Of a DNA stretch of 64,000 nt, positions 1-11,617 are shown piece by piece. How positions within the stretch are numbered: position 1 is the first letter of the stretch; each line of letters begins with the position of its first letter. A program made the position numbers and the translations under genes. The DNA comes from Negaprion brevirostris (Eukaryota), in the NCBI GenBank assembly GCA_030324005.1, contig JARDVH010000163.1, positions 33,124,887 through 33,188,886 of the forward strand, given 5' to 3'. Under the pieces are notes generated by a model. That model saw only the letters and a program-made list of their open reading frames with translations, was not told the DNA's origin and made no database searches.

Positions 1-72
1 AAGCTGGTCGGCGCAACATCGTGGGCCGAAGGGCCTGTTCTGCGCTGTAATGTTCTATGTTCTATGTTCTAT
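1..72 (+). mobile_element. 3' end of a CR1/HER1-like LINE
   Basis: gggccgaagggcctgttctgcgctgtaa followed by (tgttcta)n terminal repeats, the typical elasmobranch CR1 3' tail. Confidence 0.8.
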
Positions 73-1735
73 CTCTGCCATTTCCTCATTCCCGATGATG
101 ATCGCTTTTGCCACTAAAAGACTAAAAGTTACTTTTAGTCCCTTTCCCATCTTTTGGAAAGCTTGTGTCAGCTCTTATAATCCATTATTATGTTCCTGGC
201 TAGTTTACTCTCATATTGCCATGATTTTTTGTGCCTTTTACTGGTTTTCAAAATTCTCCCTCAGGCTTACACTTCAAGCTTAATATGATTCTTTGCAACA
301 TTATAAGCCTCTTATTTTAATCTAAAACTATTCATAACTTCCTGACTAACCAAGGATAGTTATTTCTTGCTGATTTTCTTTTAGTGTTTTAATGGAACAT
401 AGTTTCGTTGAACATTTTGAATGTCATGATTTTCACTGTTTATTTACCACCTTAGCTATCTGTCCTCTCGTATGTATGTAATTGTTATTGGCTCTATTTA
501 AGTTTAAGGTTCTTGTTATCAGGTCAAATATATCTCTATTACGTGAGGAGGACTTTTAGTGCGGTGGGTAACCTCTGAGCCAGAAGCTTCCAGTTCAAAT
601 CACACTTGAGGACTTGATGACCAAAGAAGGTGCATTCATAACTTGGTCAAATAAGTTGAGTATCAACCTGTAAATCATTCCAATACACTGCTGGCTAGTG
701 GTAAGAGTGGGAGAGCCCGCTGATCAGCCATGCTTGATGTGGAGCAACACTCCTCAAGATACAGCCTCAGGCAAACTGTTCCAGGAGAAACTATCTTTGG
801 AAACAAACATAAACATGCTTTGTCTGCCTTATCCATCAGTAGATGTAAAAAGCTTAGAAGAAGTAACTTAAAATGGAATTTAATTGTATGATCATTTTTT
901 CCCAGAGGATCTTCTACTATGAAGATACAATCAAATCCTGCTTCATTACTCCATACTAAATCTAAATAGCAATGTCGCTAGTTGATTCCTTGATATATTT
1001 TTCTAAGAAGCTGTCATGAAATAATTCCACAAACTCATCTTGCAGTTTACCTTTGTCAATTTAATATGTCCAGTTTCTATAAGGATTAACACCGCCATAA
1101 TTATTGCATTGTCTTTGTTACAAGCTCCATTTTGTCCTTGCTTAGTGCTCTGTCAAATGGTAGAACTATTGTGAGGGGCCTATAAGCTACATGCATGACC
1201 ATTTTCTGACCCTTGTTATTCCTATTCTCCACCCATATTGATTCCACTTGTTGATCTTCTGAACTAAGATCTTTTTTTACTACTGTCCATACATCCTTCC
1301 GCACTATCAGGGCTGCTCCTCCTCCTTCTTTTCCATTCTGCCTATCTTTTTTTTGAAATATTGTGTGCACTGCAATATTTGCTTGCCAACCTTAGTCATC
1401 CTTCAGCCATACCTCTGTAATGATGATTATATCAAACTCATTTATCTCTATTTGTGGTGCTAGTTTACTTATCTTTTTACGAATTCTTTGTACATTCACA
1501 CAAAGAGTCTTTTGTTTTATTTCAATCACTATTCTTTGTGTGGACCTTATTTGCTGAATTAATNNNNNNNNNNNNNNNCTATCTGTCTCTCCTGTCGTTC
1601 TCTGCTTGTCTTTACCCAGATTGCAACACTGTTGTAGTGCTTCAATGTTTCTCATTGGATTTCTAAACCTTCCCCCACAACCCTCCCCCAGCCCCGCCAC
1701 ACTGATACTGCCCCTCCCTCCCTTTTAGTTTAAAG
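73..1735 (-). mobile_element. Decayed CR1 LINE, 5' part of ORF2 (APE endonuclease), interrupted by a SINE at about 543-863
   Basis: Minus ORF 1392-1700 (LCVNVQRIRKK..EINEFDIIIITEVWL) and ORF 1101-1370 (KKDRQNGKEGGGAALIV..VESIWVE..AYRP) match CR1 endonuclease motifs; stops and frameshifts present. Confidence 0.85.
543..863 (+). mobile_element. tRNA-derived SINE inserted in the CR1 fragment
   Basis: A-box-like tagtgcggtggg and B-box-like gttcaaatc at the 5' end, gaagaag tail; CR1 sequence resumes on both sides. Confidence 0.55.
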
Positions 1736-2942
1736 TTTGGTGTTGAATAAGCAGAACATGGGTTAGCATGAGTTGGCACTAAGTTGGCATAGAGGCTATA
1801 AAAGGCTATGAGGTTAAAGGAGGTCATTGGTTGGGATGAAATGACACTAAGTTGGCATGGACTCATAGAGGAGCAATTGCGGGGGTATGGTTAAGTGTGC
1901 ATGAGTCAACATGAATTGTCATAGATAGAGATGTGGAGCCTGTAGAAATGTGATGGGTAAGGACGAGAGGTCCCGACTGCTTCTATTATAACTGGTACAA
2001 AGTCCCAGAATCAGGGCAGGCATTTTCAACAGCCCACCTTGGCACTCAGTAGCCCTAGGCAGCTTGCCCAATTCCAGATTAAATGAAAAATACATTAGTT
2101 TGCCAGTGGAAGTTAAGTGAACTATTTTCTGAATCACATCATAATTCATCGCAAGGTTAGCTTTTGTCAAGATCTCTAGGTCATGTATGCACATCATGGT
2201 AGTTTGGTTTACTCTGGTGATGTGGGGTTGGATGCATGAGGACTAAATGGATGTGAAGAGAAGCTATCGTATCTGTTCCCAGTCCAACTGACCCTGAATT
2301 CTGAACTATTAATCAACAATAACCTACAAAAGGTCCCAGTGGCAGGAAATGTGATGTAACAATTGATGGTGAATGGAGGCCAGATCTAGCATACTACATG
2401 ATCATCAGCACAGCTCTGTTTAACATTTAGAGTGAGCTCCCAAACTGTGATATTTACCAGGCAATGGGCTGAATGAAAAATTACTTCGATTGTACCTTTC
2501 AGAAGTGATCCATAAATTTTAAAAGAATGTGTCTGAAAGATATATAATACAAGAGATTCAGAATTAAATAAATGACACAATTTCACTGCAAATCCAACAG
2601 CTTTATTGTCAAAATATTAAACTTAAAGCAAAAATACAATACAGAATGATTTAAAACATACAATTGTGTCCCAGTTAGTCTGACTAGGTTCTCTGAAAGT
2701 AGATTGGAATTGACTAGAACTGATCCAACTTTCAGTAGGACTTTTCTGTTGATGGTTTCATTCTGGCAATGCTGTACCAATAAGAATCTTTGACCTGTGT
2801 AAGTGACTAAGATCTGACCCTGTACATTTTTAGAAAATATATTCAGATATCCTTATTGACATTTCATCAATTTTAAAACTGAACAAGATCCTTAAAAGGG
2901 ATGAACCTATCTCTGATTGTAACTCTTGAACAAAAGAATCCA

Positions 2943-3781
2943 TGTTATAGTTTCAGGGAAACCTCGTAATCTCTGATGTGCTGCTAATACCCACTTGAGA
3001 ATTGCACTGCCTAACTTCAAAGAGAGCTATTTAATAACCCAGGTTGGCCAAAAGGAGGCTGCTGGTCTGTGAAAACCAAAGGTCACTTCTTACAATTCAT
3101 AATGGCAGAGATGTTCAACAATTTTCAAAACCCAGCCAAATTCCAAACGATGATTACACATCCTTCTTGGAGACCAAGNNNNNNNNNNCACCACCCCCCA
3201 CAGCTTGTTGAACAGCTTATTATTGCCTTACTGAGCTACAAAGCTCAGTTTGCTCTTTATCATTTAGCTAGCACTCCATGGATAAGGAGCATTGCCCAGT
3301 TGAAATAAATGGCCCCCACCTACACTGCTTCTGCCGGAAATTCTGTACCATCGCCTACAAGACTGATTCATCTCTGCAAATCTATCTCAGCTTGTGAAGT
3401 CAGCACCACCCTGAAAAGTGAATAATCCAGCATTGGGTTTTTCTGTGAAGGAATACNNNNNNNNNNTCTGTGGTCTCTGTGCTATAAAACCTTCATCTCT
3501 CTCTTTCACTCTCTTTGCTGTATGAATGTGAGGACATGTCATTGTGACCCTTCTTTCTGTATTTTAAGTGTATGCAAATAAACTAACCCTTTGAGTTCAT
3601 CCTATCTTGAGTTTGCTGTGGGGTTATTAATAGAGAATTGCACCACATCAAAGCAGATGGGCTGGGAAATATGCCAAAGAAGGAAACAAATCAAAGACAC
3701 TGTTCTGTTTAAGGACTGCTGTTAGAGGGGACATTAGTGCTGTTTAAATTAAACTCCTCCCCATCCCCACCGTCCATAACA
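2943..3781 (+). mobile_element. Probable solo LTR (Gypsy/ERV-type)
   Basis: Starts tgttat and ends ataaca (TG..CA with 6-bp inverted termini); internal tataaaa (about 3483) and aataaa (about 3577); no clean 4-5 bp TSD. Confidence 0.5.
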
Positions 3782-3829
3782 CCAGACTTTATATTTTGTC
3801 TGTACAGCGACTGCCTCCATGCTCAGATC

Positions 3830-4260
3830 TTCCAAGTCACTTCTCCAGGCTTTGAGATCAGTCTTCGATTGGTCAATGTTGGTCTCTGGATTGTATGAAC
3901 AGGCTTTGATTTATCCATGTCCCACTGGTCTTAATCCATTTGGTTTGTTTCTGATGTGATCCTCCTTTACATCGTTGTTTAGCTATGGGATATCTGGCCT
4001 TCCATTGATTTTTGCTTCAAAGCCATATTTATTTTTACAATTGTTCTCAAAACAAAACGCCAGGATGGGGCTCTTCCCATTTGAAACCACAGGCAAGTAC
4101 CATTGTCCAGTTAGAAGCTGATTCACATTCCCATTTAATCAAGTAGATCCGAATCGGCTTCCTGAGTTGAATGTGGAAATGGTGCTGTGCTATCTGACCA
4201 TGACATGCAGGTACTGATTCTCTATCCACTAGGGAACTTTCCTGTCCTCAATTAATCTTA
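3830..4260 (-). mobile_element. Highly decayed RTE-like LINE 3' coding remnant
   Basis: Minus-strand translation gives GRP....DVKED-like C-terminal RTE motif; very degenerate. Confidence 0.3.
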
Positions 4261-5370
4261 TGGATGATGATCATTAATTAAGCATCAGTACAAGTGATGA
4301 TGAGTGACATGGCAGTCAGGCAGGAACTTTCAGACATGGTCATAAACTGCCATCCCCACTCACCACTCCACCAAGGCAACCTCCCTGAACCATGCCTGAA
4401 AGTAAGCAAAGTAGCAAAATTTGACTCTGCAGTTGACCCTGATCACACTAGTCCCAGTCTTACGAGCATGTTAACCATTACTATCCATTAAGCCAATGAC
4501 ATAGCTCTCTAAGAGCCTGGAGAGCCAGCTTGTTACCAGGTAGAGGTTAGAGTGTGCCAGTCAGTGTGTGTTGTCTGAGCCTGGTGCAACACAGTGAAAG
4601 CAGTACCTTCCCTTTGCTCCTTTCTGCCTCCAAAAACAATAGATTCAAGTGGAAAACCTACTGTGTTGTATTGTGACAGATCAAAAATGCAGATTAAATA
4701 TGCAGAAAATAACAGAAATTCAGAAATATCTTCGGAAACAACTTCAAAAGTACTACTATAAATTGGAAAATCCAATTCCTTAAATAGAACAGGTCCTAGG
4801 AACACTCAACATCAATTTTAAATGGATAGATGAATAACTGAGTGCCACACTGACATAAACGCCAAGAGATTGTGTAGATGTCTTTTTTTTTAATTTAGCA
4901 AATTCAAAAAATCATCAAACATTCCCAATATCAGTAACAAAGCCTGACTGTGAAACTCGAGGGGGTAATAAATGAATAAGAAATACTATGTCACAAACCG
5001 GCACTTAAATTTCCAATTGGCAAAGTCCAATTTTTAACCTTTTTTCGGGCAGATACAACTGAAAATTTTGCTCTGATATATTACCTGTTCTTTGATGAAA
5101 ACGGCCTCTGATTAATTCTAAGATCAAACAATCAGGCCTGTTTTTCCTCAAACCACTCAAACTTGTCCTCAGCGTGTGGACTCAGCGAACCTTTATGAGC
5201 AGCTTGGACATACAAGCCTATATGTTACAGCAGTGGCACATGACAGCTCTTGCACCATTGCTGCAGCATTCAGATGTGACCACTCACTGTAAACTTTGTG
5301 TGAATAAGCCAAAAAACTCACCTTGCCAGGATACAGCATGTCACAAAATGTTTTCTAACACTAAAGACTT

Positions 5371-5468
5371 GGGGGCGATCTTATGAAAAAGATTCTGAGT
5401 CCAGAAAGGGCATAAAAATGGAAGAGTTTCTGATACATTTTTTGGGCAAGTCGAAATCTGTGATCTTA
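5371..5468 (+). mobile_element. Left end of a large GC-rich MITE (runs into a gap)
   Basis: ggggcgatcttatgaaaaagattctgagtcc is homologous to the termini of the copies at about 7388 and 9990. Confidence 0.6.
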
Positions 5469-5568
5469 NNNNNNNNNNNNNNNNNNNNNNNNNNNNNNNN
5501 NNNNNNNNNNNNNNNNNNNNNNNNNNNNNNNNNNNNNNNNNNNNNNNNNNNNNNNNNNNNNNNNNNNN

Positions 5569-5665
5569 TAAATATGTGGGGTTACAGGGATAGGGCCTGG
5601 GTGGGATTGTGGTCAGTGCAGAGTCGATGAAATGAATGGCCTCTTGCTACACTGTAGGGATTCTG
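5569..5665 (+). mobile_element. HE1 SINE 3' part
   Basis: taaatatgtgggg..gatagggcctgggtgggattgtggtc..gaatggcct..actgtagggattct. Confidence 0.85.
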
Positions 5666-5666
5666 T

Positions 5667-6160
5667 GAAGGATATATTAGTCTCGGAAGGAGTGCTTCAT
5701 AGATTTATCAGAATGGCACCTCCATTCAGAAGGTTAAAGTGCACACTGAGATTGCCAGTTTGGTAGATGCTATTGCATAAAACAAAGTTATATTCCCTCG
5801 AAGTTAGAAGGCTAAGAGACAAATTGATCAAAGTTTTCAGGATCTTGAGGAGAAAAGATTGAGTAAACAGAAAGAAACTATTTCTGTTGTTTGAGGAGTC
5901 AAGGACTTGGGGGGACTAGTTTAAAGATTAGAACCAAACCATTCAGGAGTGAACTTGGATAACACTTGTACACACAAAGGATTGTAAAAACTTGGAACTC
6001 TTTTCCTCAAATGGCAATTGGTGTTAATCGATTGTAAATTTCAAAGCCGAGATTGATAGATTTTTATAATCCAAAGATATTAAGGGATATATGTCAGGTA
6101 TATGGAGATCATCCATATTCTCATTGAACAAACTGAAGGGGCCCACCCTTGTTCTTATTG
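5667..6160 (+). mobile_element. CR1 LINE 3' fragment
   Basis: Degenerate ORF2 C-terminus (tggaactctttt, gagattgatagattt) followed by a CR1 3' UTR. Confidence 0.75.
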
Positions 6161-6176
6161 GCAGAGGAGAGTTTCA

Positions 6177-6228
6177 GGGCGGGATCCTCTGGCTGCGCTC
6201 GCCCCAAAACCGGAATATTCCCCGCCCC
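6177..6228. mobile_element. Mini-MITE (half-size derivative of the ~126-bp family)
   Basis: gggcgggatcctctgg ... ccggaatattccccgccc inverted termini. Confidence 0.5.
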
Positions 6229-6234
6229 CTTCAT

Positions 6235-6790
6235 AATTGAAATGTTTGAAGAAAATTCAAAAGATCTTGATGGCATTATCGTCCTCTGTGAGGAAAGAGT
6301 CAAGGCAAAGCGCAACTTTAAAACCAAGGCTATGATCGCGTGTTCTTACCTGACTAAACACTCAGAGAGCTGAATGCAAGCGAATGCAATGAGCAACCAC
6401 TTCATCTTTGTCCCTTGGTTTCGTAGAATGACACCTGAAAGGAAATGTCAGATGCTTCTGCAAATGGGCCCAAGTTGTTGCTGCTTTTATAGTGATCAGG
6501 ATCAAACCATTCCGATTCGGATAACAGATCAGACAATTAAAAGCTTTTCCAATGTCCTTGCCAATAAAGCAGACATTGCTTCCAATTTATGTAATGCCGA
6601 ACGATTGTGATTTGTCACATGATTAAATGTCAGCGGCACTTATTGATGCAATTGCAACTGATAAAGAAGTTAGAACATTATTTACAGTTCCATTAAACAT
6701 GATTTGTTTAATTATTTGAGGTGTTGTAATTTGAGAATAGCCTCAGAGAATGACAAGCAATGAATTAATATCCTGATGACTTTGAGCTTA
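6235..6790. promoter_or_regulatory. Candidate conserved non-coding element (enhancer-like island)
   Basis: Repeat-free between two CR1 tails; retained CpGs; homeodomain TAAT/ATTA clusters and tgattaaatgtcag; inference only. Confidence 0.35.
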
Positions 6791-6849
6791 TTTGTATACT
6801 GTGGGGTGGCTGTTTAGAAGGATGCAGGGGTAGGGTGGGGGCGGGGGCG

Positions 6850-7230
6850 CTGACCTTATTGAAACTTTTAGGATATTGCAAGGCCTGGATAGAGTGGACG
6901 TGGAGAGGATGATTTCATTAATAGGAAAAATTAGAACCAGAGGGTGCAACCTGAGGCTAAAGGGATGATCCTTTAAAACGGAGATGAGGAAGAATTTCTT
7001 CAGCCAGAGCGTGGTGAATCTATGGAACTCTTTGCCTCAGAAGGCTGTGGAGGCCAGTTCATTGAGTGCCTTTAAGACAGAGATAGATAGTTCCTGGTTA
7101 ATAATGGGGTCAGGAATTATGCGGAAAAGGCAGGAAAATGGGAATGAGAAAAATATCATCCATGATTAAATGGTGGAGCTGACTCGATGGGCTAAGTGGC
7201 CTAATTCTGCTCCTATTTCTTATGGTCTTA
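6850..7230 (+). mobile_element. CR1 LINE 3' end
   Basis: ORF 6984-7169 MRKNFFSQSVVNLWNSLPQKAVEASSLSAFKTEID is a CR1 ORF2 C-terminus; tail cctatttcttatggtcttat. Confidence 0.9.
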
Positions 7231-7387
7231 TCGCTGCTCTGTAAATTTCCCATTGAATTGGCAGCTGTCCAAAATGTAGATAGACACCAAAAAGATATAA
7301 AGAATGTTCACAATCTGTAACCAATAGATGCTTAAAATTTACGAATCATGTATTGGCTTGGATCACACAAGGGCTGGAGGGGGAGGG

Positions 7388-8345
7388 GTGTGGTGATCTT
7401 ATGAAATAAGTTCTAAATCCCGACTGAAAACGTGAAAATGAGAGAGTTTCTGATCTGTTTGTTTTGGCGAATCCAGATCTGGTATTTTATGTGCTTAGAG
7501 CAGAAAACAAAATCAAAATCCATTTCTCACATCTGGAGGGTGGTGGGGGTGGGGTTGGGGGGGGAAACGTAACTCACCAGAAAGCTGGCTGAAAGCAGCA
7601 GAAGGCTTCATTGCACATGCTCAGGTCTCTCTGCTCTGACAGCAGAGACCGGTCACACAGCCTCTGCCGTACTCAACTTGTCTCTGGCCTATCACGAACC
7701 CTCCCCCCTACTGGACCAATTTACCCCCATGATCCACCCCACCTGAACTGATTCCCCATGCTCTCCCCACCGATTGCATTGCAGAGTGTGCAGTAGTTCC
7801 CCCCAATCCCAGTCAGCCTGCTCCTGTCTGGCTCCACCCCCAGTAGCCCTGATTCTCTCAGGCCCAGCTTTCTTGGCACTGCCCAGTGCCCTGTGGATAG
7901 TGCCAGAGTGCCTGATGGGCTGTGTCAGGGTGTCAGACTGGCAGTGCCACAATGCCACTACCCAAGTGGCAGCCCCTTGCCCTCGACCTCCCAGGGGACC
8001 CTCAGTGGCCTTTGGTTCTACCAGTGAGGCCATCACATCGGGTCCCAAATTAGTGGAGACCTGCTGTGATTCTCTCCACAGAAAATCTCGTCCAGCAAGG
8101 CCACAGAAGCAAGTCAGCCCAGAGGATTGAACTTGGGCTTGCTAATTTCATTTAAATGAGCTTTTAAATATATTTAAATAATTTATTCAGCCTTGCACTG
8201 GAAGTGGCGTGAGGCTAATGTTGCCAATGATGCTCAGATTGTGAGAGGTGAGAAATCAGATGTGAACCTGATTTTTCAGCTCTCTCGTTATCTTACCAGC
8301 TTGTCCAGCCCGTCACAGGCAGATCGCGATAGTAAGATCGCCCCC
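7388..8345 (+). mobile_element. Large GC-rich MITE (Harbinger-like, non-autonomous)
   Basis: Termini ggtgatcttat / gtaagatcgcccc; colinear in reverse with 9176-9990; tggca/tgcca-rich interior. Confidence 0.65.
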
Positions 8346-8769
8346 AAGATCGTATGTGTTCACCCACTGTGCTTACGGCAACAGGTATTTGACTTATGCC
8401 ATCTTCATTGCAGCAAGAGGGTTACATTGATCATCATGAAAGGAATTTGCCTTCTCTTCTGTACCTAAATTTGCAGGTCCTACTTCCTGAACCTAGGCAT
8501 TGCATCATCAACCTTTTCACCAATATTGCCTCTGTGTTACAGTCTGACAAAACAAATGTAAAAGGATAAGAGTTGGGAGCCATGCACCTTACAATGCTCT
8601 TAATCACCTTTGTGTGCTTGCATGCACTAATTACTGTCTGCATGTCATCAATGAGTGCTGTATAGAGAGGTAGGGTAGGAAATGGCTCTGCACTAATGGT
8701 GCCATGGGTTTTGCAGTGTCACTCCCAGTTAGTAAGCTGTCTTTCCAACCACCAGCTACCTTACTGTCA

Positions 8770-9030
8770 TAAATAGAAACATAAAGAATAGGAGCTAGAG
8801 GATGCCATTGGGCCCTTCAACCCTGCTCCTCCATTCATTATGACATAACTCATCATCCAACTCAATAGTCTGATCCCACCTTCCTCCCATATCCTTTGCC
8901 CCAAGAGGTATGTTGAATTCCTTCTTGAAAACATATAATGTTTTGGTCTTAACTGTTTCTTGTAGTAGCAAATTCCTGGGTGAAGAAATTTCTCCTCAGT
9001 TCCGCCCTGAAAGGTTGATCCTTACTCTCT
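8770..9030 (-). mobile_element. CR1 LINE 3' end
   Basis: atagaaacataaagaataggagc..ggcccttcaaccctgctcctccattc..gggtgaagaaatttctcctc is the reverse of a CR1 tail. Confidence 0.8.
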
Positions 9031-9175
9031 CTTAGTCACTCCATACAAGTGTGCAGCTGTGAAGGACCTGGTCAAGGATCAGTTTTGTTGATGCTTCCTA
9101 ATAAATGGGTGGCAAGAGGGCACATGGATGAGCTACAGATCTTGACACAATTTGCCACACATCTACTGAGACACA

Positions 9176-9990
9176 GGGAGCGATCTTGCCTTCTTGTCCT
9201 GTCAGTCAATCGGTGGGGCAAACCAGTAAGGCCACAAGATAGGTGAAAAAATGGGCTCAGGCCCACCTTCTCACCAATCGTGATCTGACCAGACCTAGGT
9301 ATCCAGCAAGATCAGCCGCGCGCCCAAAAAGGGCATGAAGTTGATTTCAATATTTAAATGCAAATTTAAACATTATTAGTGTGCCTGGGATGCAATTGCC
9401 CAGGCTCACTTGCCTTAGCGGCCTCATGGTGAAGGCCTTCACTGGTGAGAATGACGTATGGTCCCCATCAATAGGCACCTGTGGTGATGGCCTTGCTGGT
9501 AGGACTGGAAGATATTGAGTCCCCCGGGGAGGGTGGGGCAGTGCCCATTGGGCAATGCTAACCTGCCACTGCCAGCCTGGAACACTGACAGTGCCAGTCT
9601 GGCACCCTAGCACTACCAGCCTGNNNNNNNNNNNNNNNNNNNNNNNNNNNNNNNNNNNNNNNNNNNNNNNNNNNNNNNNNNNNNNNNNNNNNNNNNNNNN
9701 NNNNNNNNNNNNNNNNNNNNNNNNNNNNNNNNNNNNNNNNNNNNNNNNNNNNNNNNNNNNNNNNNNNNCCCCCCGAGGCGAGCGGCAGAGAGATCTGTGC
9801 ATGCTGTCATCTGATAGCTTTTGAGCTTTGATCTCTCTCCAACCCTCTGTTGGTGGGAAACAGATTTATCATTTTTTTGAACAGAGTGGCATAAGATTTG
9901 ACTTGTGGCTTCACTGAATAAATGGAACTGAAGCTCTGCCATTTTCAGGCTCATTGGAGACTTAGATTTTTTTTTGGTAAAATCGGCCCC
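9176..9990 (-). mobile_element. Large GC-rich MITE, complete, TSD ACA
   Basis: aca|gggagcgatcttgcc ... ggtaaaatcggcccc|aca: imperfect 15-bp TIRs and a 3-bp TSD; spans a gap. Confidence 0.75.
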
Positions 9991-11330
9991 ACAATATTTA
10001 ACTCTGTCACAGCAGAGTGCCTTTCATAGATAGTGGTGCCAAGATGCTGCAATCTCTGTGGCCATATCTTGTGAAGACATTCAATGCTTTCAGTGTTTCC
10101 ATGACCCAAATAGACAGGAACAATGAGAATTTCTTTCCTCTGGAAAACCCATAATGAGTCATCAGTTCTATGATCAGCAAACGCTTGGTCAACATTTAAA
10201 GAGTTCAGTCACACGTGATATGTCAGTAACATCTCCTCAGATGCACAACCACTGAATCATTGACTTCCGGACTTATAAAGTGGCCTTCTTAACAGTTTGC
10301 TTTTTATACCTACCTGACTGAGGAACTCAAAAGACGCCCACTTTTGGGGTTGCCCACCACAATTCTTATTACATGCCATGCTTCCCAAACCTCCACCCTG
10401 GACTGAAAATTGGACACAGAAGTGGAAGCAGAAATTCAGGCCAGACTGACATTAACATGAACAAGGTGATGTCTGGCTCAATTCATAAACTGCCTCAGTC
10501 CAACATTAAGCAAAAACATATCGAACACCGAGAATGATGAAAGACATTGTGGCAGAATTTATGTTCGCGTACTCGTACTATTAGGATAAAAAAACACCCT
10601 TTGGTGGTTTGTCTTACTCTGTATAAAAGAACAATCACTTGATATACCCTGTCCTTGTGCTCAGGGATCCTATTCACATTTTCTTTCCTGTTTGACTTTT
10701 AGGTGCATCTCCCTGATACACAGATCAAAAGGATTTGTCAACATCAAGATGCCCGATGCCTTACTATATGATCAGTTATCATTCACAATTAGCCTATTGC
10801 TTTGGCTCTGGAAAAAAAAATGTGTCCAATCTCACATTTTCATTATACAGCAACCAGCGGAGGCACAAATGAGTACGAGGTGGTCCCAAAATGCTAACAC
10901 CATCCAGACAGCTAATGCTCAGAACACATTTCAAATTGCTTATGGCCAAGTCTTGTACCGCTGGGAAATGGCCAAAAAAAAAAATCCTTGACTGTGACAA
11001 GTATGTCTGAGCAAATTACAGTGCATCACTGAAAACTGACAGTTACTAGAGTTTCACCTTGAACATCTGCAGAAGCAGCTCTGGGAGCAGGCAACCAAGT
11101 TAAGAGGAAGCACAGACAGGCCATATTGTTTTCTAATCATTCCTCTCTTGGCAAGAAGGCATGCACTTTTTACACAGCGCAGGGCAGGACAAGTTGATGA
11201 GAACCTTTTGAAGGGCACAAAACTAAAAATAGCAAAGGAGGGGGAAAGTTATGCTGAAATCTTAAAATATTCTCGCATAGACTAGAGAATAAAAGCAGTA
11301 AGGACAGAGAGAAATGAGGAACTCAGCGAA

Positions 11331-11617
11331 TCATACCTACAATCATACAATGGAAAAGGAGGCCATTCAGCTCAGCGAGCTTGTACTGACTACAGTCTCA
11401 CCCAGACCCTATCCTCAAAACCCTACATATTTACCCTGCTAGTCCCTCTTTAGCATGACCAATCAACCGAACCCGGACATCTTTGGAGTCTGGGAGGAAA
11501 TAGGAGCACCCTGAGGAAACCCACACCAGACGCAGGGAGAACGTGCTGACTCCACACAGACAGTCACCCGTGGCCAGAATTGAACCCAGTCCCTGGTACT
11601 GTGAGGCAGCAGTGCTA
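11331..11617 (-). mobile_element. HE1 V-SINE
   Basis: Reverse tRNA head (gaattgaaccc..ctgtgaggcagcagtgct), V core (ggagcaccctgaggaaaccca) and HER1-type tail. Confidence 0.92.
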
